Shown: positions 1 to 15,302, counted from the stretch's first letter. The stretch: 64,000 nt of DNA from Octopus sinensis (GCF_006345805.1 NC_043014.1:52762001-52826000), one strand, 5' to 3'. Notes: generated by a model from the sequence alone, not told the origin. Numbers and translations are program-made.

Positions 1-443
1 CTTTCGGGAACTTTATTCATTCATGTTTGTTTTTTCTTGGTTAAAGTCAGTTAGGTGCAGTTGTTTCCTTCTTGGGGAGTTTCTGTCTACTAATTACTTC
101 GATAATCTCAACAGACCAAAGGTTTCGTGCGTTCGAATGCGCAAAGGATGTGGATTGGTTATTTTGACATTTCAAACTTTTCTATGGCACTAATCCTGTT
201 AGAAACACACGATTATTTCTTCCCACATACTTACACGCACCACATGTCTAGACATGCAAGTGTTATGCACAAAGATGCATACAAATGCCAAATCGGCACA
301 ATTTCCAGGTAGAATATTTTATCTGTCATTGCTTCGCAGCTGTTTTGATGGCGTGTTTTATGTGTTTCTTTCTTGTTTTCATCTGCCACGCACACTTTGA
401 TATCCAAGACCGACTTTCATTCTGTTCACAGCTTCCGTCACCG

Positions 444-483
444 ACACACACACACACACACAGTCATTCACACACGTACACAG

Positions 484-546
<63 letters not shown>
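444..546. repeat. (CA)n/(TA)n compound microsatellite
   Basis: Visible dinucleotide runs. Confidence 0.95.
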
Positions 547-2359
547 AATCTGTTTTATGCTTTATATGTTTTTGTTAGTATTGTTATATTTAAAGAATTA
601 TTGAAATAAACTTGTTATACATACATATCTATACACACATACATAGCTGCCTACTTACATACATACACACGTACATATACATACCTACACACTAAACAAC
701 ACAGAGTTAATATTTGTTCATGTTTGTAAATATGTTGATATACTTACAAGTAGAATTCCATCCAATTTTTCAATAATTTCCTCGATTTCTTCAGCCATTT
801 TCTGTCTCTCTCTTTTTTTATCCTTTAAAGCAAATTTATAAAACTAAACAAAATAGTTTTCTTTCCTTGTTGTCGACTTTTTTTCTGGTATATTTTGCCA
901 AAAAGAAAATGTAAATTTCTATAAATGATATATTATATATAAAAATGTTCAATGCAGTTGAATGTGTCCGATCAACAAATATTTTCTAACAACACAGTGA
1001 GTGTCTCTTCCCAGAAACGAAACCCGATTGCAATATTGGATACTGTGAACGGATTCGAAAAATATAGTTGGACTGAAGAAGTGAGACAACTGAAGAATTA
1101 GTAAAAACTGTTTTAACGAAACTTAGAGAATGGCAGAAGTAAACGATGTGAAAGTGTGAAAGTGAAAGTTTTGTAGAAAAGAAAATCACTTCCGCAAAAA
1201 ACAATCCGGATATCAAATGGCTAAGAGTCACTAAAATGAAATTCAAGATTCAAAATAAAACAGAAGTTCTTACAACAAGCATTAAGTATATTAAAACAAA
1301 TTTATTTCTTTGGTTTTACTTAAATTTTAAATAAACACAATTTGACCCGTACGAGGATATAGTAACTGGAATAAACCATTTCGTTCAGCGCCCGACCTGT
1401 CAGGTGAAATATTTAGACATGAAACAGCACAGATACTATACCTGTAAGTCAGGTAGGGTAGCATAGTTTAGGCTCAACTGAAGTCCGAATACTAAGGCAG
1501 CAGCTTAACACTACCGTCTCGTACCTGGCTGCATGGCATTTATTGTGGTCAGGCCTCACTACGGTTGCAGGTGTAACATTCTAGTTTAACGGTAAGCACT
1601 TTGATCATAAATGCATGTAATGTAGACAGGTTTTAATAAATTTGTACTTTTCTCATAACACACACACACTCACACACACACACACACACATTCATGTTTG
1701 TATATTGCTTTCTTTGAGTCTAATTTAAGTTCTTGAAAAAGTGCCGGTTGCTAACAAAGCAACAAGTGCGTGTGTGTATGTGAGAATAGGGCGAGTATGT
1801 GACTAAGAATGTGTGAGGCTAACGTGTGTGTTGTGTGTAGCAATTGATGTGTGCTTGTTCAGGTGGTGTGTCTACGTGCTTGCGTGTGTGTGTGTATCTG
1901 TGGTCAAATGGTGTGCATGTATATTGCATGTATATTGTATGTTTGTGGATGAAAATGATGTGTCTATGCACGTGTGTATTTTATTGTCTGTGTTCAGATA
2001 TAATGTGTGGGAGTCTGCATGATGGTGTGTGTACAGAGTTAAGCAGGGTGTCGGGCTGCTCATATGGTGGTGTGTATAATGACACTATTGAAGAGTGTGA
2101 GTGGGTGTGTAGATAGTGGTGGAGGTGCAGAGGAGAAGTGTTTGCTGCTAGTGTGAGTGGAGTGGGAGCGTGTCTGTGGGGAGGGGGTGAAGTAAGTATT
2201 AAGTTGAACAGTGTGTATGGGTGTTTGTACAGTGGTGTATATATGATGAGGGTACTGAGGTAGGCGGTATGCAGGTGTGTAGGTGGAGGGGATAATGAAT
2301 ATGGGCAGTGTGTGGGGTTGGTGTTAGATGAAGAGCCTAAGTAGTAAGTTGGGCCCTTA

Positions 2360-2960
2360 GACCTGATGTACAAAATGGAGAGACACAGGAAAAGCAGCAA
2401 AATGTGACAACTGATGCAGAATTTGTGGAGTTAACACCGAAGATATTACCCACATCATAAGTAGTTGTCCGAAAACATTATCACGGTATTGATGAGACAT
2501 GATGTTGTGGCTCAGACTCATTATAATGAAATCCATCAAAAGGATAACACTGAAGCGAAAACAATTAGGAGCTATAGCCACTCATAATAAAGAGTACTGG
2601 TGAAGACCTCAATAAAATGTAAACATAATGATTTGGGACAGAGAAGAGAAACTGTGTACAGTTGTGGAAGAAATCAGCTGCCCAGTGGATGTTAACATAA
2701 AGATTGGTGAAAAAGAAAATATCTACACCAAACTGTTGAAGAATCTTGTAACTCTATTCAAGTTACAAGTTCAGGTTTATAACTGTATTTATTGGGGCCC
2801 TGGGATATGTAACACATTACCTAACTAATAATCTTGAGAAATTCGGCTTCTCAAAACTAGAAAGGAGAAAGCTGATTCGAAGACTACAAATCCAAGCCAT
2901 CCCTCAAATTATAGAAATCTGTAAATCTTTCCAGAAGTTTAGCATTGAAGTCTATATGAG
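2360..2960 (+). mobile_element. R4/Dong-like (RLE) non-LTR retrotransposon 3' relic
   Basis: CRICG..TEDITHIISSC zinc knuckle; EISCP.D.NI..KIGEKENIY RLE-like segment; IIGALG motif. Confidence 0.7.
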
Positions 2961-3694
2961 CATGTCTAGATATGTAGCTATATGTATGAGAATACGTACT
3001 TAAAGCAAAACATACAAATCTACATATACATACATACCCAGTTGATATTGTTGAAATTCCAGTGAAGGAGCCTTCAATCTATTGGCATGAAATTTTGAAA
3101 TAAAATGAAATAACAATATACATACATGCATACGTACACACATACATGGTGGCTCTCAATACATAGATGATCATGAGGATAACTGAGGAATTATCTTATC
3201 CTCAATGCTTAAGTTAATGCCTTATCAACAATGCCTGTGCTGAAATTTCAGGTCAATAATAATTTTCACAGCTCTTCTGAGGTTCTCACCTTGTTTCTGG
3301 ACTCTCGAGTGGCCCAGAAAGAAGCAAAAGCAAGGCTTCTGGCTTTGCAATGAGGTGGATGTTATTTAGGAGCTTCCTTCTCTTAGATTGATGTCTGAAC
3401 AAAGATTAGGGGTTTCTCACTCTCAGTTGTATGATGGCCATTGACTCTGCTAAGCTCATCTATTCTTTGACAGAGTTTGTTTTTCGTCTTGATGGTTGTT
3501 CAAGGAAACTACCCTCCTTATCAAACAGGCTTGGTAGGTTTGCTGGTTTAGTTGCCAGGAGCCCAACCATACGATGTATTGTACTGGGCTACATACCATC
3601 AGCAGCACTAAGAGTGACCTAACAAAATATACATACATACAGGCAGACAAACAGACAGACAGACATACTTTTATACATGTATATATATAAATAT

Positions 3695-4065
3695 CATCAT
3701 CATCATTGTCATTTAACGTCCGCTTTCCATGCTGGCATGGGTTGGACGGTCTGACTGAGAGCTGGCAATCCAGAAGGCTGCACCAGGCTCCAATCTGATC
3801 TGGCAGTGTTTCTACAGCTGGATGCTCTTCCTAATACCAACCACTCTGAGAGTGTAGCGGGTGTGTTTTACGTGCCACTAGCACAAGGGCCAGTCAAGTG
3901 GCACTGGCATCAACCACACTCAAATGGTGCTTTTTATATACCACTGGCACAGGACCAGTCAGGCGGTACTGGCATCAACCATGCTCAAATGGTGCTTCCT
4001 ACGAGCACCGGCACAAGTGCCAATCATGCGGTACTGTTACCGGCCACAACAATGACTTCACTTGA
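3695..4065 (-). mobile_element. RTE 3' UTR copy (same family also near 17947-18105, 30319-30615, 44538-44910, 55964-56345, 59830-60262)
   Basis: Shared core ctggcagtgtttctacagctggatgc(c/t)cttcctaa..ccaaccactc and (CAT)n/(GAT)n tail. Confidence 0.85.
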
Positions 4066-4099
4066 CTTAACATATAGATATGTATATGTGTGTGTGCAC

Positions 4100-4320
4100 C
4101 TTTTAATGCCATAAGGTCAGCAAATCTAACGGAGGCCTCAAAAGACATTTTAAGACACACAAAGATCAGAACTCTTGGTGGTCCAAATCAAATTTGCAAT
4201 CTGTGTGGATGTCTTTCCAAAATATCGTCTGGTTTAAAAAGCCACATCAGACGTTATGATGGCTTTAAGGTGTAAGTACAGGAGGAGGTCTGTCTCTGCA
4301 TAAGGAGTTGACAACCACCA
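4100..4320 (+). mobile_element. LINE 3' end with C2H2-like zinc finger (RTE/RTEX-like)
   Basis: CNLCGCLSKISSGLKSHIRR followed by a short UTR and (TA)n. Confidence 0.55.
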
Positions 4321-7300
4321 TATATATATATATATATCAGAGTGGTTCTAACATGGTTGTATTTCAAGAGGAGTGTATGAGCGCAATTAGCCTAACACTA
4401 TTTTTATTCTGCATTGTGAATTCTAATCTTAACTGGTTCATTTTTACCTGTCATTCCTAGATGTCCATTAAACCACAAACCTGTTATATACAAGGATTCT
4501 TTCCAATACAGACAGTAGTTTCTCTTCAAATGTTATAAATTAATGATATTAGACATCATAAAACACCTTTTACAATGATGAAGTCTCCCTTGGTTTTACT
4601 AAAGAATCATGTACATCATTGTCTAATATATTTTGCATGTTCATATTTGTAATAAAAGGAACTAACTTTAACATAACATTGGGAGTTTATTCCTTTGTTA
4701 AGTGGTACAATGGCTCAAAGCAAGAAACATTACAAGTTCTGTCAATTGTCGTTCATCCATCGTTTCAATAATTCAGGTCGGTTCATCATTGGTTGCGTAG
4801 GTTCCATTGTGTATTCATTTTTCTCTGGAAAAGGCAGGATCTGCATAACTTGGCTTCATGAAAAACTCTCAGCCCTTGTAAAGAATTTGTCATACCAACT
4901 TATGGAGGCTCCAGAACGCTAACAGGATTGGTCGTTTGAAATATATTATTCTTTTACTTGTTTCAGTCATTTGACTGCTGCCATGCTGGAGCATCACCTA
5001 AAATGGTTTTAGTCGAAGAAATCAATCACAAGACTTATTTTATGTAAGACTAGTACCATTTTTTCAAAATTTTCAATTCCCTCTCCCCACTCCAAATTTT
5101 AAATTTTTCACTATTTTTCGAATTTTTTTTTTCAGTCTATGTGGAAAAATATGGAGATTAGTAATATGGAAAAAAGAAAACAATTAATTTCAAATTTTCT
5201 ATGAGGAAACTCCAAAATTGATTCATACACCCCTCGTCACTACTTCCCACTATCTTAATGTCAAAACGAACAACTTGCAAATATGAAAAGCTACTAAATG
5301 TGAGAGATCTGACCTAATGTGAACAGAAGTGAAGGTCCAACTATTCTTCTTGGCAGTAGTTAAGAATATGAAGACTGTGAAAGCCCCTTGTCCATCAGAA
5401 ATTATTTCTCAAGTGCGTAAAATATGTGGCATATTCACTGAAGTCCACTTCAATTCGTCGTAATCATGAAAATGGATATTTTTTAATGAAATTCTCTATA
5501 AATATGGACTTGTTCAGAAACACTCGTGAGTGGGGAACGGTTCTCTAAAATAGCCCCCAATTGTTTTCCCTCCACATTCCTATGTCCTCGGAATCTACAT
5601 AGTCCGAGGTATATTTGTAGAAAATTTCATTAAAAAATATCCACTTTCTTGAAAGTTAAGACGCTTTAAAGTGGACTCCGGTGAATTTTCTAAAATTCTC
5701 CACCCGACTCCCTACTAAAACACAATGTCACCAAAATTTTGTATATTCGGAATCTACATGATATAACACATATTCGTAGAAAATTTCATTGAAAAATGTC
5801 CATTTTTCTGAAAGTTATGATCATCCAAAGTCGGGTGAGGGGGGGACAAGCGAAAGAGACCGCGATTTGATCAGGGAAATTCTTTTGAAGTTGGCGTGTG
5901 TGTGTGTATCAGTGAAGCCATTCATACATACATAACTTCTCTCTCTATCTCTCGCTTTTTCTCTGTCAATCACTCACACATTCACTCACTACAAAAAATT
6001 TCATTTATCTCTCTCACACACACACACCAGCACCATTGCTCTCTCTGTCTCTTCACACACCCCAACAAAAGCAATTCACATACACACCACACTTTCTGTC
6101 TCACCCCACCCACCCCATCAAACGCGCGCGCGCGCACATAAATTCTTCCGCTTCGCGTCAGCTTCAAAAGAACTTCCCTCATACAATCGCGCTCTCTCTG
6201 TCTCTTTCGCTTTCACGCTGACTTCAAAAGATCCCCTTTCACCCCAATGCCATTGTAACAAATTGCCATTTTAGCTATTTTGAAATATGGCGCGAATTGG
6301 CAATATGACGTAATGTATTGCCGAAGAATTATTAGTTTTGCTTTTTCCATTGGTTAATATAACTACTATAAAGATTCTAAAAAGTTACGTAAAGAATATT
6401 TGTAATGGATTTCGATTCTTTTAAGTCAAGTTGATTTTGGGAAAAACTTTAGTGTTTGTTGGATGTAACTGAACTCCACGACACTCACTCCTTTGAGACA
6501 TTGGTGATCTTCATGCCATGTCCAAAGAAAATATCAACAAGTCTATTTTGAATTGTTGATTAATCTATTAGATTTACGAATTAGCGAATGAATATATAGT
6601 CGTACTTATCTTTCCTTTCTAATGTAAATAATATAAAATGTTATATTTATATAATAAAACTAATTAAGAAAATGTTTCTCTTCATGTTTTTTTTTCAACT
6701 GAGTATAAATAAATATGCATTTCTGTAATCATTAAATTATATTTTCTTCTAGCGGTTAAATGAACACGAAGATAATATTATACATACATGTCGTTAATAT
6801 TCATAGCGTTTCATGAGTATATTTCTCTATGGCATTATATACTGTAGCTCGGATTTGTGTATAATGATAACACTTAAGTTATAAGTGACGTTCAGTCATT
6901 ATATTCACCCTTACTCAAAAAAGCCAAATAAAATAATCTATTTCCCAATAGAAAACAATAAATAGCATTACATTACTGTAACAAAACTAAATAGAGAATA
7001 TACTATAACAATATAAGCTAAGAGAAAGCCGAAGGTATGCTAGCTATACCATATTAAAAATATAAAATTTTTTTACAGATACCGACGATCATCTTCACAA
7101 ATGTAAAGAAACACACGTGGTTTATAAGGGATTCCCATATCGAAAGATCGCCCAGAAATCTGTAGTTATACCCAGTAATATACTAAAATTTTATGAAACA
7201 CGTTTAATATGTGATGGGGGTCAACGATTCCCTCAATGTGTGTGCATTGGTCATTCGGTGGTGTCTGTTAATGTTCTGCAACTGCTACTGTTCTTGCTGA

Positions 7301-7341
7301 ATATCTGAATCTGTGTTGACTGTTTAACTGGCGAAGGTACT

Positions 7342-7387
<46 letters not shown>

Positions 7388-8270
7388 GTTCCTTGGCGGA
7401 TTACTGTATTTATAATGGTCATGACAGCTAGAAGGACAGATATACCACAGGAAAAATTCCTACCTATATAGTTCGCCTCCTGTCCACTTGAACCTTAAAT
7501 GACGTCGAAGGGAAACAATCCATCATTTTTTGACAGGTCAAAGAAATTTCTTTCATGCCTCTTTGGTCAGTGGTGGATCAGACGGGCAAGAATCTTTAGA
7601 TTCGGTTTCGAATCTCAGCTCGGACTTCGGAGTTAAGAAGCACCAGCAAGTTGGAATTTCTCCGTTTTGACGGACATTTTTCAGATTTCTTTTCACTGTG
7701 CTCTTGGAAATGGTCTGGAGTATCTGTTTTACAAAAAACTTGTCTTCCCTTCTCTGGGGTGATTGAGATCAATTTTGTGGGCCCCATTCACTTAAAATCC
7801 AGGTATAACTACAGATTTTTGCCCCCCACACCCGCCTTTGGATGATCATGATTTTCAGAAAAATGGATATTTTTTAATGAAATTTTCTATGAATATCTGT
7901 TATATCATCTAGATTCCAAATATACAAACTTTTTTTGTGGGGGATACACATGAACGAAGTCCCATGAAGTTTTTATTCTTTCTGAATGAAGAACACAAAC
8001 ATATTACTGATATTGTGATTGCTTCTTTCAGGACCATTTACTTTTAAAGCGAAAAGTAAAACCGACGTATACAACAGGTATGTAAAACATATTTCGGTGT
8101 ATTTTCTCTGTTGATTTGCATGCGCACACACAAACACACAAGCCGTTCATTTTCACTTTTAGTCAACAGGATGGGGTGGCAAGGGGTGTATGAATCAATT
8201 TTGGAGTTTCCTCATAGAAAATTTGAAATTAATTTTTTTTTTTTTCCCCATATTTTTCCATGTAGATTGA

Positions 8271-8825
8271 AGACATGGGATGAGGTGGTGAAGCATGACC
8301 TTCAAACGTTGGGCCTCACAGAGGCAATGACAAAAGACCAAGACCTCTGAAAGTATGCTGTGACTGAGAAGACTCAGCAAATAAAGTGAGTCCACAGCTG
8401 TAACCTACACCAGTGTTGCATAACCAGTCCACTCAAAAGTACCTTGGATTGTAGGGTGACATGTCGTGCTTGAGGAGACTTATTGACATCAACAATATCA
8501 AAATCAAATCAAATGGTAGCATGTAAAAAGCACCATCTGAACGTGGCCAATGCCAGTGCCACCTTGACTGGCTTCCATGTCAGTGGCACGAAAAAAGCAC
8601 CATCCGAACATGGCTGATGCCAGTGCCGCTTTGACTGGCTTCCGTGCCGGTGGCACATAAAATGCACCCACTACACTCATGGAGTGGTTGGCGTTAGGAA
8701 GGGCATCCAGCTGTAGAAACACTGCCAGATTAGATTGGGGCCTCGTGCAGCTTCCTGGCTTCAAACCGTCCTAGCCATGCCAGCATGGAAAACGGATGTT
8801 AAACGATGATGATGATGATGATGAT
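8271..8825 (+). mobile_element. RTE 3' end fragment inserted into another repeat
   Basis: KTWDEVVKHDL, 3' UTR, (GAT)n tail; possible GATTGAA TSD. Confidence 0.8.
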
Positions 8826-9059
8826 GATTGAAAAAAAATTCTCAAAAAAAGTGAAAATTAAAAAAATTTGGGGTGAGGAGGGGGGAATTGAAAATTTTGA
8901 AAACGTGGTTTTCGGCATATTCAGAATCTCTGTCATCGAAAACAGGAATCTGCTAAAAAATTTTTAAAAAAAAGGTTGATTTTTGTTTTCGTGCCAGTGT
9001 ACTTGTAAGCATTATTAATTTTGTGTTGCCAATAGTATGAGAATTCATTTCTGCTGGCA

Positions 9060-9490
9060 CTGATTGCACTGACACGGCAATCGCAAAGCTTAAGAAACTC
9101 TATAGTATAACCTCTCGAAAGAGTTGTTCTTCACTCCTGCTCCAGAGCGTAGGCTGCGGGGTCACTCCGAAAAGCTCTAACTACGGCGATTTCATCACAA
9201 TCGAAGGAGAGGGGCTTTCTCCGTCCGGGTTGCAGATCCATGGAATAAGCTGCCGGATGAGATAGTGAAGATGCCAACAACCGCTCGGATCAAAGTCTCT
9301 CTTGACCAGAAATGGCCTGAACTCTCGAATGGGATGACATAAAAGTCCATTGATAAAAGCATCTCTAATCATTTCCTGTTGATAAATTACTCCATTTACA
9401 TCCTTGGCAACCAACCGCAAAGCACTGAGATATTCATCAAGGCTTTCTCCTAGCTGTTGGCGCTGAGCGATGTCGAGCATATGTCTCATT
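9060..9490 (-). mobile_element. Gypsy-like LTR retrotransposon gag relic
   Basis: RQQLGESLDEYLSALRLVAKD...IRDAFINGL gag motif. Confidence 0.7.
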
Positions 9491-10199
9491 CTAGATTTCC
9501 TTTCACTATTCCACGTGGAGACACTTGTCCTCCAACAGTGGTCAAGAGTCTTTGCTTAATATTCTCAGCATTCAGTTAGAGGCTACTGCTTCATGTTGGA
9601 GGAATTGAAAGGATAGCTTCATAGTTAAATATGCATATATAACCCAAGAGGGAATGGACATAAAGGTAAGTTGTCCCGATGATGGGAATATCTCTATGAA
9701 AATCAAAGAGAAAGAAGATAACTATAGAAAACTGCCTCCAAACCTCCAGCTTCTATATCAAGAATACAAATTTACATTTATACCAATAATAGTTGGTGCT
9801 CTTGGTTTTCTAAGTAAATGAATAAGTGGATTAGTCTGGATAAGCTTGGATTTCCAGAAAAACAATTCAACCATCCGGTTTGCACATCACAATCAATGGG
9901 GTAATTACAGGTGTGTATACCCCACCTTCACTTTATTGCCTCATAACTACCAAAAGGATGGACACATATTAACAAAATTATCAACAAGTACCTATTTCTT
10001 TACTACCCACAAGGGGCTAAACACAGAGAGGACAAACAAGGACAGACAAACGGATTAAGTCGATCATATCGACCCCAGTGCATAACTGGTACTTATTTAA
10101 TCAACCCCAAAAGGATGAAAGGCAAAGCCGACCTTGGCGGAATTTGAACTCAGAACGTAACAACACATTTCGCCCAGCATGCTAACGTTTCTGCCAGCT

Positions 10200-10680
10200 C
10201 GCCGCCTTGAAAATCAACAAATACCGCTTACATGCTGTAGGTTCAGAGTATACAGGAATTTATAAGAAAGAATTTTTTCTGAAGGGAGAGGGGAATTTTG
10301 GAAAATTTACATGACCTGACTTTTTTCCCCTCGTGGGTATCTTTTAATGAAAGTTTATACAAATACCTTTCAAACAGCACAGATTACAATTATGAAGAAA
10401 TTTATGGGGGAAATTTTTTCCAAGGTGGTGGGGAGATGAGTTTCGGAAAAACAGTTTTGGATCAAGAAGACCACTTAAGTTGGAATTTTGTTTTGACAGG
10501 AATATTTCCAGTTTTTTTTTCACCACAACCTTCAAAATGAAAAAAGTTTTAAAAGTTTATGATCTTTTTTCACTCCTCTCTCCTCACCATCCTACTCTGG
10601 ACTGATTTTGGCCAATTTTTTTGACACTTAAAAACCATGAGAGAAGCCTTTTCAGTAAAAAAAAATTTTTTTTTTAAAGT
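10200..10680. repeat. Unclassified interspersed repeat; inverted copy at about 50390-50900 and related motifs at 5050-5850 and 7780-8950
   Basis: Shared motifs such as ggatat.ttttaatgaaa.ttt and aaataccttt caaaca..cagatta. Confidence 0.6.
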
Positions 10681-13600
10681 TGTAAATATTTTTCAGAGCA
10701 AAAGCTGTTATTCAAAGGAGATTTGTCTGTTATTTCTAGCACCTTCCAAGACCACCCTCCATTTTCACTTGACATGTTTTGATGTTTTGTCAATAAAACA
10801 TCAAAACATGTGAAGGGGTTTTTCTTTTTTCCCTCTGTGGGGGAAAAGTCAGTTACATAAATCCCAGTACTTTCTTTTATCATCCCCAAAGGGATGAAAG
10901 GCAAAGTTGACTATGGTAGGATTTGAACTAAGAATGTGAAGAACTGAAAGAAATACTGTTCAGCATTTTGTCCAACGTGCTAACCATTCTGCCCGCTTGC
11001 TACTTTGATGCCTGAACCAACCAAATACGAAATAAAAATATCCCAAAATAAATTTGAAAGAGAAACTGAAATTGGTCCTTAATACTGCAAAACCCACCAA
11101 ATAAAAATAATAAACAAAGAAAAACTGACATATGGCAGTGATTTTGAGCTAAGTTTTAATTCAACGTTTAACATTTATAGGAAAAAACAAATGGAAGGAG
11201 AAAAGTGAAATAATATCACAGTATAAAAAAAAAGAAAAGATAACAACACATGTAAAAAAGGCATTAAACAACACTGAGCCTTAACAGAAGAGTGTATTAA
11301 ATTTAGTTGAATTGTTAGTTAAGTGAATATTTCCAGCTGGATACGCAGACCCAGCCACCACTAGACATTTACATTGCCACAGTTTCACATTTGAAATGCG
11401 TTAAGTGTAAAAAAAAAAAAGCAAATAAGTTTGGATATTTTGGGTGGTTTTTCAACCAGTGAGCCGTGGCAAAAGACAAAACAATGTGAAAAGGACCCAG
11501 ACTCGTGCACACATTTTATTTTTAAAATTAATCATCACATTTACACTCCACTGTATGTTTCTTGTGTGTGTGTGTGTGTATGCTGGATAGATTGTTTTAT
11601 ATATATATATATTATGTATGTGTTTTCGTGTGCTTGTATATGAGTGTAAACAGGCAAACATACAGAAACAAATGTGTGACATAAGAGGGCTCTGAAAACG
11701 GTACCAAGTCATTGTGGCACTCCAGCATGGCCACAGCTGCATGGCTGAAACACACAAAAGAAATACACACATACATACAGGCACTGGTTGAAGTATTTCA
11801 GATCATATATAGATACACACACACATGTATGAGTGTTGTCGTTTGCTTGAAGTATTTTAGTTCAGAAGTAGAAAAAGAAAATGGAAGTTTTACAAAATGC
11901 TTTATTATTTCCGGTCCATCCTCAAAAGAAAGCAATCCAAGAAATGTGGAGATACTTCAATTTTGTTATTTTATTTAAACTGCTCAGCATCCGGCTTAGC
12001 AGCACCTCTCCAACTGGTTGCATATGTTAGGATGTTGGTAGTAGTCAGGGTGATGCACAGACCAGCAACTCCATGATATGTCACTACTGACCCACCTCTC
12101 CCTTTCACAAACACTTAACCCCAAATGCTGCAATGCCTCCAAAGAGATAGTCACCTCCAAACTAGTCTTGGAGAAGAAGTTATATTGATCCACCTGCCTC
12201 AACCCCAAAATCAAGTCAGTCGGAGCTGGGCCGGTGGCTTCTACAAATTCATCACAGCATTTGCAAGCAACATCATAAACACATGCCACCAACTTTGACT
12301 ATCTGAAAATATGTCACTTGAAAGAGTTGCTGGGCAGTTTAAAAATAAAATAACAAAACCAATGTGACTAGGCATTTGTTGAACTGATTTGAGCCTTTGT
12401 TGCACCTGAAATATAAGAGTTTTTGCATGTGAGAAGCTTTATTTTCCTTTTTCAACTTACACACACACATTCTATTAGGTAAGGCATCTTTCATAAGAAG
12501 TGGGCAGGGTGATAACATGTTGAGATATCAATGTCATCCAATGGCTGGAACATTTGAAATTTTAATTAAAGACAAAAAAAAACCCAGAAAACAAAACCAA
12601 TGGGATAAGAATTAAAAAACTGATGCAGAGGCAAGAAAATAACACAAATGGCTGCAATATCTGCACACAGAGAGCAAGCATAAACTTTCATATTATATTA
12701 GGAGAAAAACCTATTTATTATTGCCCTTATTAATGCTAGAAATAGCAGCAAAATTTCTCTCAGGACACATGCTACCATACAATGAACGAAATCATCTCTG
12801 ATATAGAAAATGATGGATTAGTCATGGTTGGAATGCTTTAGATCAGTTCAACAAAAGAAAACAAGACTCAATATTACAAGTTAATGAAGGAGCTCCATCG
12901 TGGTAGCTTGATCTGCTGAAGATAGCAGCTAAATTGCCCTAACGACACCTTAATGCCTTCAATAAAATGAAGTACACAGTACAATGGAGTTACTGATATA
13001 GAGTAAGAAGGGATAGTCAAAACTGGAATGTCTTTCATCAAAGTCCGCTCAGTCAAGACAGGCCTGGTGCTAAATACTATATTCTTATGACTGGAATTGG
13101 TCATAGAATCATCCAGTGACAAACTGTGGCCTTTTTCATGTTGGGATTCATGCATTCACTTGATGGAAACAGTTTTTTCTAACGATGTAATTTCTTCATA
13201 AATCAATTAAAATTTATTTATTATTCCCCTCACTCAGAACCTGCTGCTCCCTGCATGGAACCAAAGTAGTGCAATGAGCGCTCCCTAGTCGGGTACAGTT
13301 AATCAGAGACATAACATGGCTCTATCTCGCCACCTGTACTTTGGTACTCACCTATGTATTCCTCTCCTTTTATTTCATTTTTTGACCTGACTTGGTACCT
13401 TACCATTTAAGTGCCTAATTCACTCGAATCCTGATCTATTATTGTATCTATGGAGGGTCATTATGTCAATAACAATAAACATATGCACTGGTTCTATATC
13501 CCTTCTCTACTGTTCGTCACCTGGTTAGATATCTAAGCAACTAACTAATCAACCGGTTGTTTGTTTTTCAAAGTCCTTTCATCACTGTTTGTAACTTCTC

Positions 13601-15302
13601 ACATACCTCTTCCCTTCGAAGTGTGAGGTAGACCATGTGTGCATGTTAATCATTATTGGCATAATGACCCTACCAAGATACTAGAAGAGTTGTTTCAACA
13701 CACAAATACACATCAAGAATCTTTCAAAACCAAACACAAGTACAAAGTACATATGTGTGTGTATGTGTACACACACATATGTATGCATATACATATATAC
13801 ATATACATACATAAACAAACATATACACACCCATACAGACGTAAAAGGATGGCAGTGGTAAAAATAAAGACTGTTTGACTGTGAAAACTTATGATCAAAA
13901 GCATTCCTGCTATGATTACGGTTATCTAGGACTATATCAATGAATGTGCCCTTTTGCTTTAAAATGACAGAGTAATTTGAAGATTTGGCTGCTATTTCTA
14001 GCAGACAGATCGTGTGACTGGACCCAGTCATATCAAGTAAACTTGTAAAGAGATTGTACAGTAGCAGATTGGCAAATATTATTTAACAAACAAACATGTA
14101 TACGCACACACACACAGGCACGTGTGCACACACATATGCACACATTAATAACTGTTATTTTTATGTCAAATTACATATAAAAACAATTTCATATAAAACT
14201 GAAGAATTACTCAATACTTTTCATAAAGTAAATAATTATTAGACTTTTGCAACAAGACGAATGACAGTGACCTCGAAGTGTTAACAATCCAAAGAAGGCT
14301 AGTTGGCCCAAACTTCAAAGTTACTGTCACCACTCTTTTTGTAAAACTACAACATACATACATGTGCATGCATATGTGAGAGAGAGAGAGAGAGAGAGGA
14401 AGAGTATGTCAGGGAGAAAGTAAAGAAAAAGACAGAGAAACTAGGTTAGTCTGTGGTTTCTTCTTCAGAATTTGAGAGAGCAACACTATATATAAATGTA
14501 TTGAACAGGTAGAAGGACAGACATATGTAATATGTGTATTCATGTATGTATAAGTCTATCTATGTGTGGATGTTTGTGTGTAGATAGTTATATATATTTG
14601 TATGAATACTTATATAAGTGCTTTGAATGTTGGGATTCACCCCTTTTCCAGACAAGGAGCTTTTTAATACTTTAATACTTTTTAATGAGCTGCATTCAGG
14701 ACAACCATATACATGTGTGTGTGGGTGTGTGTGTATATATCCAAAATATTCAATATGGAGTCACTGAACAAAATGCACAGAAAAAAAGTTTTCCTTTGTT
14801 TTTAAATTGAACCCTCCCTCACTACCACCATTAAACCCTACCTGCACAAGTCTACCCCTGCAGTATATTTGTTGCCCTACTTTCCTCTCTGATCCTAAAT
14901 TTCTAATCCCTGATATCATAATTTCCAATAGGAATTTGAAATGGTGTAAAACTTCCATTCTGTTAAATTTTTCAAAAAGACTCTTCTTAAAATATTTTAA
15001 TGTTAACAAAATTTTATAAATATATTTCAATATATTAACTTATTATATTTATTTTATTCACATATTTCATTATTATATTATTGGTTTCAAATTTTGACAC
15101 AAGGCCAGTAACTTCAGGGGAGGAGGTAAGTCAATATATTCAAACAACTGAAAGAAAGTAACACTCAACACACAGTTGAAATTGTGCTGATTGAGGAAGA
15201 GGTTATTTGGGGTTGGAAGCATTGCCATCCCTCCAAACACTCCTGAATGTTGCCTGAGAAACTTTAAAGATCTAAGTCAACCTGTTACTCTCCCCTCACT
15301 CC

